IMG/VR virus record: IMGVR_UViG_3300049009_000606
Location: 1-46,587 of that record
Length of the DNA: 46,587 nt
Origin: a virus
Lineage: Duplodnaviria; Caudoviricetes
Strand: one strand, 5' to 3'
Under the pieces are notes generated by a model, which saw only the letters and a program-made list of their open reading frames with translations, did no database searches and was not told where the DNA came from. Made by a program: the position numbers and the translations under genes. Shown here in pieces: positions 34,203 through 44,041 of this stretch (its first letter is position 1; every line of letters begins with the position of its first letter).

Positions 34203-36909
34203 TGAAGTCGATGTGGGCGATGATGTTGGCTAGTCGGGCGTAGCCGGCGGAGTCACAGGTCAGACGTACGCCGACATGCGTTCCCATACCGGTAGCCTGG
34301 ATTCGACCAAGGGTAAAGGTGGGCTGGCTGACCGTGGCGACTAGGTCGCGGGCGTTGGGAGACACGGGATCCATACCAATCTCGATAGCCCACTCGCCTT
34401 CACAGGTCATATCGATGCCGGACAGGGTCTTCATGTGCGCCGGCTTGCCGCCGTCTAGATAGGGCAGGATGACTTCCACAGGGGAGCTGTCATACAGGCT
34501 TCCACTTACGCCTCCGTAGACGTAGACGTACTGGCCTTCCTTGGCATACACCTTTCCGTCCTTGGTCGTGAATTCCGTGAAAGAATGACCAGGAGAGTAG
34601 GTGGACCAGGCAGCAACCTGGCTGCTTGGGAAGTAAGAGTAGACATAGATCTTATCCCCGATAGCCAGCCAGTACCGGCCATCATTAGGTTCAATGACAG
34701 CGGCGCAGTTGACCTTCTGGGCTTCGGTCAATCCGGCTACGTCGGCCAGGACAAGGTTGTCGATGGGCGTACCGACGTCATTAACGACGGCGGAATTGGA
34801 GCTGTCGCGCGCGCGGATGGAGCGGACGCCGGAATCGGATAGGTAGAAGACGTCGATATCTCCCACGGAGATAACACTCTTCTGGCCTAGAGCGCCGGTG
34901 TTGGAAAGAACCTGGCCTTGTCGGTTATTGGCAGGATCCGTGTCGATGCTCCAGATTTGAACCGTGCGGCGGGAGAATGAAGCCACGTTGCCCTGGTATA
35001 GGGCTACAGCCGTAAGCACCTCATTGCCTCCGGAGTTGTTGGACATATTGATAAAGCCAGCACCTACGCCGGTCTGTCCCCACTTGGTTGGCTGATTAAC
35101 GCCGGAGAAGAACAAGCTAGACGATGCCCCGACGTGTGCCTTGGTCTTGTAAGTAAGGGCAGATACAGGCTTGAGATTGCTTACGCGAGTAGCACCCCAA
35201 TAGATCGGGTTAGCTGCATCCAGGGTCTTGGTTGCGATTAGGGTTAGACTCTTATCTGGGTAGAACGGACTAGTAACGGTATAGCGTACAACCTTCTGCT
35301 TTCCGTCTTCAGCCGCAACACCGCCTCCAAGACCAATGACGCTGCCAATGATTACATTGCCGGACGTCTGCACGGTAATTGGCCTTCCGTTGGGAGTCGT
35401 ACCAGTACCGGCCAATGCCGTGATAATGACTCGTCCACCGGAAAGCGTGGCTGTATATTCTGGCGTAGAAGAGTATGAGTTAATCTTGTCAACAACGGCC
35501 TGCATCAAGTTGCTGTGAGATACACTCCAGTTTATTGATCCTCCCATGATTTCAACTCCATCAACCGTTACTGAAGTAATCGCATTTGTCTTACCGACCA
35601 TGTCGCCGCCAAAATTAGTACCAACACCAAGCGTTCCCATCGTGGCAATAAACTTTCCAGCGTTGTATGGGCTTGGTGCAACGCTTGCTGGGTCAACGAG
35701 CTGGTACAAGTATGGGACACCAGTAGGGTCTGAATCAAACTCGATTTGAACAAGCGTACCATTAGCGTTTGCTCCCTTTTCTGCCGGAGCATAAAGGTAC
35801 ATTGAGTTGGTGTCGTTTCCGTCGTTATAGTCGCGCTTGTATGAATATGCGGAATATTTATGATTAAGTCCAGCCGTGGTGTTTTCATTGATGACCTTTG
35901 AAATCTGCATCAATAACTCACCCCAGTTAGAACCGGCGTCATAAGTAATAGGATAGGTATTATATTTAAGTCCAATAGTCCCACCCCATCCAAGAAGATC
36001 AAGACCATCGGCATCTCCTGGCGCTGATGCTCCTGCACGGATGCTCCGAATGCCTGGCAGGTTTTGAGCGGGCATGTTACGTCCATCTACCCAAAGTCTT
36101 GCCGGCTGTGCATAGCCACCAGTCACAGCAAAAGATCCAGCCGCCTTTACCTCGACCTTCGGCTCGACGTACTCCTGGAGTGTAGTCATAGCCACGACAA
36201 TGCCACCTTCGCTTGGTCCAGGTGACGCCGTGTAAGATGGAGTGAAATCGACTCCAACCGGAGCAGTAACATCAATCCAAGGATTGACTGAACTAATCGT
36301 GTTAGAGGTAACGGCATTCCACCCGCTAGTGTTTGCTCCGTAGGTTTCTCCGTTGATCTGCCATGTGATGGTAGACAGGAATCCCTGCATCGGGTGGCTT
36401 GTTGCCCCAATCATCCAGCTTCTAGTCGTACCAATATAGAAGTCTGGAATAAAGACTCCGTCGAGATATGGAATTATTTCTCCATTGCTCCATTTTGCCA
36501 ACACGAAGGTCTTACCTCCGTAGAGGGTGCTGTAGACAATATCTACCAAGTCTAGACTGTTTGCATAACCACTATTATCAAAGCTGTACGAAGGGTGAAT
36601 TAAGACTTTTGCCCACAACCCACCAGCAACTGGAAGTTCTTGGTTGGTAACGTACTCGCTATTGATGCCCTTCGTGAACGTATAGATCTTGTCGGCAGTT
36701 GCTTGAAGTCCAACAAACGGAGCAGGAAACAGAATAGCGTTAAGAGCCTGGTTGGGGTTGATAGCCTCAAAAGCTTTGCGCTTTTCAATCTCACCTCCGC
36801 GAGAGACGTGAGCATTGTTTAATACCTGTAGAGTACCAGGCTTGGCCGTGAGCGGATGGCGCCGCGTGTCGAGGCCGGCTGAAAAGTTCTCGACGACGAT
36901 ATATGACAT
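34189..36909 (-). CDS. tail nozzle (tail tubular protein B-like) with a large central insertion
   Basis: ENFSAGLD..L.NAH...GEIEKR N-terminus, beta-propeller-type C-terminal half (LFFSG, VFYLSDSGVRSI, VAAWS) and gene position. Confidence 0.75.
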   Translation of the reverse strand: MSYIVVENFSAGLDTRRHPLTAKPGTLQVLNNAHVSRGGEIEKRKAFEAINPNQALNAILFPAPFVGLQATADKIYTFTKGINSEYVTNQELPVAGGLWAKVLIHPSYSFDNSGYANSLDLVDIVYSTLYGGKTFVLAKWSNGEIIPYLDGVFIPDFYIGTTRSWMIGATSHPMQGFLSTITWQINGETYGANTSGWNAVTSNTISSVNPWIDVTAPVGVDFTPSYTASPGPSEGGIVVAMTTLQEYVEPKVEVKAAGSFAVTGGYAQPARLWVDGRNMPAQNLPGIRSIRAGASAPGDADGLDLLGWGGTIGLKYNTYPITYDAGSNWGELLMQISKVINENTTAGLNHKYSAYSYKRDYNDGNDTNSMYLYAPAEKGANANGTLVQIEFDSDPTGVPYLYQLVDPASVAPSPYNAGKFIATMGTLGVGTNFGGDMVGKTNAITSVTVDGVEIMGGSINWSVSHSNLMQAVVDKINSYSSTPEYTATLSGGRVIITALAGTGTTPNGRPITVQTSGNVIIGSVIGLGGGVAAEDGKQKVVRYTVTSPFYPDKSLTLIATKTLDAANPIYWGATRVSNLKPVSALTYKTKAHVGASSSLFFSGVNQPTKWGQTGVGAGFINMSNNSGGNEVLTAVALYQGNVASFSRRTVQIWSIDTDPANNRQGQVLSNTGALGQKSVISVGDIDVFYLSDSGVRSIRARDSSNSAVVNDVGTPIDNLVLADVAGLTEAQKVNCAAVIEPNDGRYWLAIGDKIYVYSYFPSSQVAAWSTYSPGHSFTEFTTKDGKVYAKEGQYVYVYGGVSGSLYDSSPVEVILPYLDGGKPAHMKTLSGIDMTCEGEWAIEIGMDPVSPNARDLVATVSQPTFTLGRIQATGMGTHVGVRLTCDSAGYARLANIIAHIDFNESD

Positions 36910-36912
36910 AAA

Positions 36913-37611
36913 TTACACCCGGTTGCTGGGAGTGATGCGCGCGCCCCAAAGGATGCCGTTGCTTTCAGTAGGCATACCACCACCCAGCGTGAAGACGTCA
37001 TTCTTGATGCCTGCACCCTTGAGCTTGGTGAACAGTTCGTTGGCCGCACTCATCTTGCCCTGGGCGTCCTGTGACTTTGCGCGAGCGAGCAGTTCAGCGG
37101 CTGCGAACAGCACGATGAGGTTGTCGTCAAGCAATGCGACGTCCGAATCATTGACCATCTTCGGCAGCTTCTTGATCGCCTTAAACCGGACGACGCACTC
37201 ATTGCTGGAAGGCGTCGGCCAGACTTCAAACTGGTTGCCCTCGTAGTGGCGCCAGTTGGTTGCTGGATCTTGCTTGTCGCCGTCTTCGTGGTCGCTGGAG
37301 TTGTACTGGTCGATGCCGATGCCGTAAACCAGCGGACGCCAGGACGAGGAGTATTTGATACTAGCCTCGGTGATTCGACCGAAGTCGATCTCTGGGTCGA
37401 AGCCGTAGTACCGCGAGCCGTTTACCATTTGCTCGTCCCGCTCGATGTATGCGAACGGCCAGTCGAACTTTTCCCACAGCCAGGATTGGGTGCGATTGAG
37501 GATGTGATGCAACGCAGGAAGGGAGTTAACTCCCATCGAGACGTTGGTGGATGCACCGATCTCTGCCCGCAGGGCATCGACCAGCGCGGAAAGCTGGGTG
37601 CCGCGAGCCAT
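36913..37611 (-). CDS. head-tail adaptor (tail tubular protein A-like)
   Basis: LSALVDALRAE..., DWPF, FEVWPTP and LIVLFAAAELL motifs. Upstream of the nozzle. Confidence 0.75.
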   Translation of the reverse strand: MARGTQLSALVDALRAEIGASTNVSMGVNSLPALHHILNRTQSWLWEKFDWPFAYIERDEQMVNGSRYYGFDPEIDFGRITEASIKYSSSWRPLVYGIGIDQYNSSDHEDGDKQDPATNWRHYEGNQFEVWPTPSSNECVVRFKAIKKLPKMVNDSDVALLDDNLIVLFAAAELLARAKSQDAQGKMSAANELFTKLKGAGIKNDVFTLGGGMPTESNGILWGARITPSNRV

Positions 37612-37614
37612 CGG

Positions 37615-37911
37615 TTACTTCTTCTTGGAGGTTTCTTCCGGCACTTCGACACCAACCTCGGCGAGGGTGGTGGGGAGCTTGGACGTGACACCGGGGAAGA
37701 ACTTGGCGATCACGGCTTCCGTGTAACGCTTGTCCAGCGCGGCGCGTTCCGCAGCCTGGTCGGTAGACGAGACGCGGGACTTCTTGATGTTGACGACAGC
37801 ATCGTGGCCGTGGATGGCTTTGAGGATGGCAATTTCGGGAGCCGAGACTTCCTTGCGAACGGTGTTCTCAAGGGAGCCGGCGAGTCGGATTTCTACGTTG
37901 GCGTGTTCCAT
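37615..37911 (-). CDS. hypothetical virion-module protein
   Basis: 98-aa ORF between the capsid and adaptor genes, with its own promoter-like element. Confidence 0.7.
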   Translation of the reverse strand: MEHANVEIRLAGSLENTVRKEVSAPEIAILKAIHGHDAVVNIKKSRVSSTDQAAERAALDKRYTEAVIAKFFPGVTSKLPTTLAEVGVEVPEETSKKK

Positions 37912-37917
37912 CCATAC

Positions 37918-37945
37918 ATCGTGCCACGGCTTGCCATTGTTGCAA
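37918..37945 (-). promoter_or_regulatory. putative leaderless promoter
   Basis: TTGCAA-N16-CACGAT-N6-ATG(37911). Confidence 0.5.
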
Positions 37946-37947
37946 GC

Positions 37948-37980
37948 AAAAGGGGGTGGCTACTTGCGTAACCACCCCCT
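37948..37980 (-). terminator. intrinsic terminator after the major capsid gene
   Basis: - strand GGGGGTGGTTAC-GCAA-GTAGCCACCCCC-TTTT. Confidence 0.85.
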
Positions 37981-38002
37981 GGGGGAGCCTATCGACTACC
38001 GA

Positions 38003-39049
38003 TTAGTCGGTGATTTCGTAGACGGCACAGCCGGTGAACTGCTTGCCGGTGAGGCCACCGGTCCAGGTCATGGCGCGGTACAGAACGTACTGGTCGTGCG
38101 GGCGGGCAGGATTGTGCTGCTTCTTGTCTTCGCCGTCCATCACCATGAGGTTGATGTTCGACTGGTCGATGAAGTAGGCACGATTCTGGAAGCCCAGGTC
38201 GTCGAGGGTCGGGTCGTACACGAAGGTACCGATACCGCGCATGGTGATGCCAGCGAGGCCGATGTCCGTGTCAGACTTGGAGAAACCTTCCTGGGTGTAG
38301 ACGCCCTTGGAGGTGATTTCCTTGTCGAGGTATTCCAGGAAGCCGGAACCACAGAGGACGAGGGACGGCTTGCCACCGAAGCGGGTAAGCTGGCGAACTT
38401 CCTTGCGGAGGAACTCGCTGACCTTCTGCTGGCCGGAAACCCAGACGACGGCGTTAGCGCCGACAGCCGAGCGGTTGCGCCACTTAGCGTTCGTCGCACG
38501 ATCGATACCGCCGACGGTGCCGGTGGTGGGATCGTCCGTGATCAGGGACGTGAGGCCAGGGACGACCTTAGCGTCCTGGGTGCCGTCGAGCCAGAGCATC
38601 TCGTTGAACGAGCGAGCCCAGCCTTCGGTCATGTCCTTGAGCTTTTCGTCGAGCAGGCCAGTCAGGACCGTGAGGTCGCGCTCGGAGTGCTTGGACGTGG
38701 AGGCGCCGGTGGTGGAATCGACGACGGAAAGACCGTCGTGCTTCAGCTCGGTGAGCGTCAGCGAGATACCAGCATGGATTTCCTTCCAGGGATACGAAGC
38801 GCGCTTCGTGTTGGCCGGGTTGGCGTACGAGACGGTGTCGTTGTGGGTGAAGCCAGCGATCGAGGTCGTGTAGTCAAACGTGACCGGGATGCTGATGTTA
38901 CCCTTACCGCCGGGGAAAGTCTTCTGCTTGCCGGTGAGGGCTTTGAGCAGGGGCTTTTCCTGGATGTTCTGGGCGAAGGCCGGACCCTTGACGTAGTAGT
39001 CGAGGGCCGACGCGGTGATGTTAGCGAGTTCAGCGTTAGTGAATGCCAT
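38003..39049 (-). CDS. major capsid protein
   Basis: 348 aa, downstream of the scaffold, very GC3-biased, followed by a terminator. Contains GTVGGIDRA...WRN. Confidence 0.88.
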   Translation of the reverse strand: MAFTNAELANITASALDYYVKGPAFAQNIQEKPLLKALTGKQKTFPGGKGNISIPVTFDYTTSIAGFTHNDTVSYANPANTKRASYPWKEIHAGISLTLTELKHDGLSVVDSTTGASTSKHSERDLTVLTGLLDEKLKDMTEGWARSFNEMLWLDGTQDAKVVPGLTSLITDDPTTGTVGGIDRATNAKWRNRSAVGANAVVWVSGQQKVSEFLRKEVRQLTRFGGKPSLVLCGSGFLEYLDKEITSKGVYTQEGFSKSDTDIGLAGITMRGIGTFVYDPTLDDLGFQNRAYFIDQSNINLMVMDGEDKKQHNPARPHDQYVLYRAMTWTGGLTGKQFTGCAVYEITD

Positions 39050-39061
39050 AGTTTTTGTGCG

Positions 39062-40084
39062 TTAGCGGGTTTGCATTGCACCCATACGAACCGCCTCTAG
39101 GAGGCTGCGCGGCTGGGCCGTTGCGTGGGAGGACGACGTGGAGCTGGACACGTGGGTAACAGGTCGTCGCTGGGGTGCGAATCGGGAAAGCCGCTCCTTG
39201 ATAGTGGAGTGGGCGCGCTCAACGAGCGCAAGAGCCTCCTCCGGAGTACTCGGCTTTTCCGCCTGCAACATCAGTTTGACCTGGTCCGTGACCATTTCCT
39301 GTTTGGCGGACCAATCGGGATCCTTGACCTTCATCTGCTGTTCCCAGTTAACCACCGCCGAATGGATATTGCCGCGAGACTGTTGGTCTCGCTGCTGAAT
39401 CGCATTGGCCTGTTGCTGCTCGTAAAGGCTATGCTGGGCTTTAAACCTAGCTAGTTCCTTGGCGCTCTCTTCATCGACGTAACCCTCTTCAACCTTTTTC
39501 TGGATGTCAGGGGGCAACGTATCTCCGACTAAAGCGTCGAGTCGCGACTTGTACTCGCTGATCCTCTTGTGGGCTTCAACCGGATTGGTCTTCATAAGGG
39601 CCATGATATGGAACCCTTCTGCGACCTCTTCGGTTGATAGACCATTCGACGACATGAAGGTAGTGACCTTTCGGAATTCATCCGATTCGGTGCGGTATGC
39701 ATCGCGCTCCGCGATCATTTCCTTCCAGCGTGGGTGGCTATGGAACGGCAGTTTCTTGTCTGCTTCAGAGGGGGAATTTACCTTCGCTGCGTCGTCCAGA
39801 CTAGGCGTAGGCTTTCCTTCTTCTTGGGCGGATTTGCCGTTGGTTTCCACGGTGGACGATTCCGTGTCAGTCTTATTCCCAGCCGCGCGCCTTACGGCGT
39901 CTAGCAGGGAGGTAGGCTTCTTGTTAGCGTCCTTGTCGCCCGACTCCGACGAATCAGTCTGGCTTGTTTCTTTAGCGTCGCTCGACTCCGGGACAGTTTC
40001 CTGAACCGGAGTAGAAATGGGTTCTTTCACAGGAGCATTGTCCTGCGTTTCGATGGCGTCGGTTGGCTCGGTTGGATCGGGCAT
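39062..40084 (-). CDS. capsid scaffolding protein
   Basis: Disordered acidic N-terminus, LPFHSHPRWKEM motif and coiled coils. Lies between the portal and capsid genes. Confidence 0.75.
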   Translation of the reverse strand: MPDPTEPTDAIETQDNAPVKEPISTPVQETVPESSDAKETSQTDSSESGDKDANKKPTSLLDAVRRAAGNKTDTESSTVETNGKSAQEEGKPTPSLDDAAKVNSPSEADKKLPFHSHPRWKEMIAERDAYRTESDEFRKVTTFMSSNGLSTEEVAEGFHIMALMKTNPVEAHKRISEYKSRLDALVGDTLPPDIQKKVEEGYVDEESAKELARFKAQHSLYEQQQANAIQQRDQQSRGNIHSAVVNWEQQMKVKDPDWSAKQEMVTDQVKLMLQAEKPSTPEEALALVERAHSTIKERLSRFAPQRRPVTHVSSSTSSSHATAQPRSLLEAVRMGAMQTR

Positions 40085-40090
40085 AAAAAT

Positions 40091-40119
40091 ACTATACGGT
40101 ATGATTTATTTAAAATCAA
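40091..40119 (-). promoter_or_regulatory. sigma70-type leaderless promoter for scaffold/capsid
   Basis: TTGATT-N17-TATAGT-N6-ATG(40084). Confidence 0.7.
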
Positions 40120-42206
40120 CCATTCGGATACTGGACACCCTGCGAACGGATGTCTCCAGGGCTTGCCGGCATCTGCGGTCCGTCTGCTCCTGGAGCCATT
40201 GGACCAGGGCCTACGTTTGATGCGCCGGCAGGGCCCTGAGCATTGGGGTCTGCGGCAGGGTCTCCTTGGGCGAGCTGCTTCTGGGCGTTCATTGCAACGA
40301 TCGAAGGAAGGGCTGCGCGGATAGCGTCCGTGATGTCCATACCATCGTCCATACGCTTGAGGGCTTCCTTTGCCATAAATTCCGGGTTCATTCCTGGGAT
40401 CTGGAGAAGGATGGGTGCAATACGTTCAAAGTTCTGCATCTCAATGGCCTTGTTCGGGCGACCATTGGAACCAGCTTCGACTTCAAGCATCAGTTCAGAA
40501 GCAATCTCATTGATGGCGAGTTGCGGCCAAACGCCGCCAGGGCCGACAATCTTCATAACCGTTTGCTGATCCATCTGCTCTAGGAGAACCTGGCCGGTAG
40601 AGCGGGCTAGTTCGCCGAGGAAGTCTTCAAGGTCGTCCACATTGGACGACAGGCTAGACATACGGCTTCCTTCGGCGACTGATACTTCGGTAGCAGTAGA
40701 GTTGCTAGTACCACCAAGGTTAGCCTCTTGAGACCCAACTACGCGCATCATGTCCTCAAGCAGCATGGACGTGTCGTACAGGCTAGGATCGATCGGGTTG
40801 TGCTGGACCGGCTGGAGGATGGAATTGACGGCCTGACCTGGGGAAAGGTTCTGAAGCTTGATGACGGCGTTAGCCGGGTGGGACTGGAGGTTGGTGATGT
40901 CCTTCTCAGACAATGCACCTTCGTAGGTCGCGTATAGGGGGCGGTTGGCAAAACGATGCTCACGCAAAGCCTGTCGCGCGCGGTTATATTCCCGCTGAAC
41001 CGGCATCAATAGGCGAACGTCGGAAGGAGGGATGACATCCTTTTCGGATTCAACTTCATTGAAGATCAGAGGGAAGAAGGGCCAGAAGCGTTCCAGTTCA
41101 AGGTGGGGCGGCTCAGGCTCCTTTAAGAAATCGTGGTAGCCGTCGCACACGACGTAAAGCATTCCATCCTTCTTGGAGTAGATTTCCCATACGACGGCTC
41201 GCTTGCAGTCTTCGTCTACTTCATTCTTGTCTTCATAAGCCGAATATTCCTTACCAATATCAACTTTGTAGATTTCCTTTACGTCCTCAATGTCGAGAAT
41301 AAATTCCTGGGCAATCCAATCGGCACCTACAAAGCCGGACATCTGACGGCACTTCGGATCAACGATAATCGTATGGGACATCGGGAAATCGAAGACTACA
41401 CCCTCTTTAATGATAACGTCTTGCTTTTCCTTGATGCTATCAAGTAGCAAACGAAGTTGTTCCATCTTGGCATGGTCTTCGGAAAACTTATCGTCAGCCC
41501 GATCTGCGGCAAGACGTTCAAGCGTAGTAAGCTGCTCCGTAATATCGGTAATGCGATCTACGTCTTCCGGACGCTTTTCCATCACTCGGTGGTAGCCAAT
41601 CTTGACGTAGCCAACGCCGTTCACGCACACTCGACGGACGAGCTGCTTCATCTGCCCTTTGAAGGAAGGCTGCTGTTCTTGGAGCTGGTGATGAGCCACA
41701 ATCTCCATTGTCTTTGCAACTCGATCAAGCATACGGCGACGCTCAAATCCCTGCTGGGCATCTTGAATCGTCTGCATCATTACCGGATCAATTGGCTGTC
41801 CGGTAGCCATCGAATTCTGCATAGAAATCTGGACAGCCTGAAACGAAGACATATCGCCTTCCCAACTTGCAAAGTCTAGGGTCTCGCGACGTTTTGCAAT
41901 AAACTTTGGATTCTTGGCGTACAGAGCAGAGACTCGCTGGCCGACGTGACGCTGGACGATATTTGCGACGTAGCGGTCATCGTTCTCATTGGACGACCAT
42001 TGCTTGCCCATGTAGAAGTCCGTGTCCTCCTTCATGCGGTCAAAGGACTTCTTCCAATGCTTCTTGGCGTTCTCGACCTTCTTGATCAGGGTCTTGACCA
42101 AGGATGCTCGGGACGGACCTGGCTTCTCGGCGTCACGCAAGATACCGCTTTGCTTGGGTTCTTCTGGGGCCAAGCCTTCCGGGGCCATTTCGAATTCGTT
42201 TTCCAT
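40116..42206 (-). CDS. portal protein (P22-like)
   Basis: 696 aa after terL. DFYMGKQW, GVGYVKIGY and TATEV motifs, Pro/Gly-rich tail. Confidence 0.85.
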   Translation of the reverse strand: MENEFEMAPEGLAPEEPKQSGILRDAEKPGPSRASLVKTLIKKVENAKKHWKKSFDRMKEDTDFYMGKQWSSNENDDRYVANIVQRHVGQRVSALYAKNPKFIAKRRETLDFASWEGDMSSFQAVQISMQNSMATGQPIDPVMMQTIQDAQQGFERRRMLDRVAKTMEIVAHHQLQEQQPSFKGQMKQLVRRVCVNGVGYVKIGYHRVMEKRPEDVDRITDITEQLTTLERLAADRADDKFSEDHAKMEQLRLLLDSIKEKQDVIIKEGVVFDFPMSHTIIVDPKCRQMSGFVGADWIAQEFILDIEDVKEIYKVDIGKEYSAYEDKNEVDEDCKRAVVWEIYSKKDGMLYVVCDGYHDFLKEPEPPHLELERFWPFFPLIFNEVESEKDVIPPSDVRLLMPVQREYNRARQALREHRFANRPLYATYEGALSEKDITNLQSHPANAVIKLQNLSPGQAVNSILQPVQHNPIDPSLYDTSMLLEDMMRVVGSQEANLGGTSNSTATEVSVAEGSRMSSLSSNVDDLEDFLGELARSTGQVLLEQMDQQTVMKIVGPGGVWPQLAINEIASELMLEVEAGSNGRPNKAIEMQNFERIAPILLQIPGMNPEFMAKEALKRMDDGMDITDAIRAALPSIVAMNAQKQLAQGDPAADPNAQGPAGASNVGPGPMAPGADGPQMPASPGDIRSQGVQYPNG

Positions 42207-42221
42207 TTCAAGTATTTATGT

Positions 42222-43820
42222 TCAGAAACCACCCATCTGCAAGAAATTGCGTCTAGCCTCATCCCACTTGCCGGACAGCTTCACCCAGGCAAGGGTTCCG
42301 CTTTTGGGGAAGTCAGATGGCTTTTCGTAGGTTTTGGCTGCGCCAATCATAGTACTTAGCAATAATCCCACTAGTCCCATAGCGTCTACAAAGTCGTCAT
42401 GTCTGGCCGATGGGAACTTGAGAAGCTCGGTTTCAGCCTCAATCCACCAAGAGGTTGATTTAGGGAAGAATACCTTGCCCATAGCCATGCGGCCACGGAT
42501 CGCCTGGGCTCGGGTTTGCTTGTCCTTAACAGGGGTAATCTCCTCCACCACGGTCCAAATGCCTCGCTCTTGCTGAACCTTGCGTAAAAATGGTCCGATG
42601 GATTGGGAGATATGCCCTCGCTCCGCACCCCACTTTGCCGGCCTGTGGCGAGCCATCAGGTCAATCATGCCATCGATGACCTGGTCCGTAGACGCTCGGC
42701 GCCACCAGACGTCAGGAAGGACCCATACGTTGTCTTCCTCGTCTAGGCCAAAGGGCAGCAGCACGGTCTTGTCAGCCGTTTGGGCTGTAGACACGGCATG
42801 GTCGGATACGCAGTAGTAGCGTAGGTTGTTTGGAAGTTCGTGAGGATACGGCTTTAGCCAGTCTCGTTTAAAGAAGTCACCGTCGTCAGGTGTAGGCTGT
42901 CCCTGGTACAAGGCAGAGAACCCTTTGGGATTGAGACGCCTGATCTCGTTAAGAAAGTCCAGGCCGTATCTTTCCGGCCATAGGGCTTCCCCTGGCTTAC
43001 GCTCCATAGGGTCATCCTTGACCGCGATAGCCGGCAAGGACAGCACACGCCATGCCTGGGCTACCTCATCGTTATAGCATGGGTTCTTAGGATCAGTCAG
43101 ACGACCAACCAGATCATCCTCATGCCACCGCGTCATAATAATGACCACACGCGCGCCGGCCATCAATCGTGTCATGGCTACCTGGGTAAACCAATCCCAC
43201 AACTTGTCTCGCTCCCGCTTTGAGTCAGCCTCTTCGCGGTCCTTGATAGGGTCATCAATCACCAAAAGGTCAGCACCGCGACCAGTAAGACCGCCGCCAA
43301 TACCAACAAAGTTGGCAAGCCCGCCTTCTTCAGTCTGCAATTTGTCGGACGACTGGCTTCCAGTTCGCAACTTGCACCCAGGGAACACCTGGCTAAAAGC
43401 AGGCATACGCATGATTTCTCGCACAGAACGTCCAAAGTCCTGAGCAATGTCTGCGTTGTAGGTAGCAAAAATAACCTGGCGATATGGGTCTTTACCCAAG
43501 AACCATGCCGGAAAACGCCTCGACGCCAATTCTGACTTCCCGTGGCGTGGCGGCATAGAAATAATAAGTCGTTGATATACACCCTTCTCAACCTGTTCTA
43601 ATGCGGCACAGATCGTTTCGTGATGCCTTACGGGCTCATAGCGCGATTTGTCCGGATTCTCCGGGTCCTCGGGATCCGGCATGGTCATCCGCGTAAAATC
43701 AATAAGCGAAACCTTTGCCTTCTTTACGCGAAGGAGCCGCGTAGCGGCAAGGAGCTGACGCTCCATTTCCGCTACCTCTGACAACTTGTGCTTCTCTTCT
43801 GTGGTCGGTTTTTTAGCCAT
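42222..43820 (-). CDS. terL: terminase large subunit
   Basis: MPPRHGKS Walker A, GRGADLLVIDDPIKD, MTRWHEDDL, ALYQGQP and HDDFVDA nuclease motif. Confidence 0.95.
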   Translation of the reverse strand: MAKKPTTEEKHKLSEVAEMERQLLAATRLLRVKKAKVSLIDFTRMTMPDPEDPENPDKSRYEPVRHHETICAALEQVEKGVYQRLIISMPPRHGKSELASRRFPAWFLGKDPYRQVIFATYNADIAQDFGRSVREIMRMPAFSQVFPGCKLRTGSQSSDKLQTEEGGLANFVGIGGGLTGRGADLLVIDDPIKDREEADSKRERDKLWDWFTQVAMTRLMAGARVVIIMTRWHEDDLVGRLTDPKNPCYNDEVAQAWRVLSLPAIAVKDDPMERKPGEALWPERYGLDFLNEIRRLNPKGFSALYQGQPTPDDGDFFKRDWLKPYPHELPNNLRYYCVSDHAVSTAQTADKTVLLPFGLDEEDNVWVLPDVWWRRASTDQVIDGMIDLMARHRPAKWGAERGHISQSIGPFLRKVQQERGIWTVVEEITPVKDKQTRAQAIRGRMAMGKVFFPKSTSWWIEAETELLKFPSARHDDFVDAMGLVGLLLSTMIGAAKTYEKPSDFPKSGTLAWVKLSGKWDEARRNFLQMGGF

Positions 43821-44038
43821 TACGCCTTGGGAGCGGAAGGCTTGGGAGGATAAAACTCCGTGTAGCCGGCAGGGACTGCGGCCAGAAGTTCAGCCTCCGT
43901 GGGCTTGTTCAGAAGAGTCAGCGCGGTGTTAGCCTCGCCTGGCTTCTTGTATTCGCCGATGATAAGTGCGACCTTCTTATCGGCGTTGAGTAGTGCGTTC
44001 CAGCCGACAGGCAGGACGATCTTGATGAGTGTGGTCAT
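43820..44038 (-). CDS. hypothetical protein (72 aa)
   Basis: TAATG-coupled to terL. Confidence 0.65.
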   Translation of the reverse strand: MTTLIKIVLPVGWNALLNADKKVALIIGEYKKPGEANTALTLLNKPTEAELLAAVPAGYTEFYPPKPSAPKA

Positions 44039-44041
44039 GGG

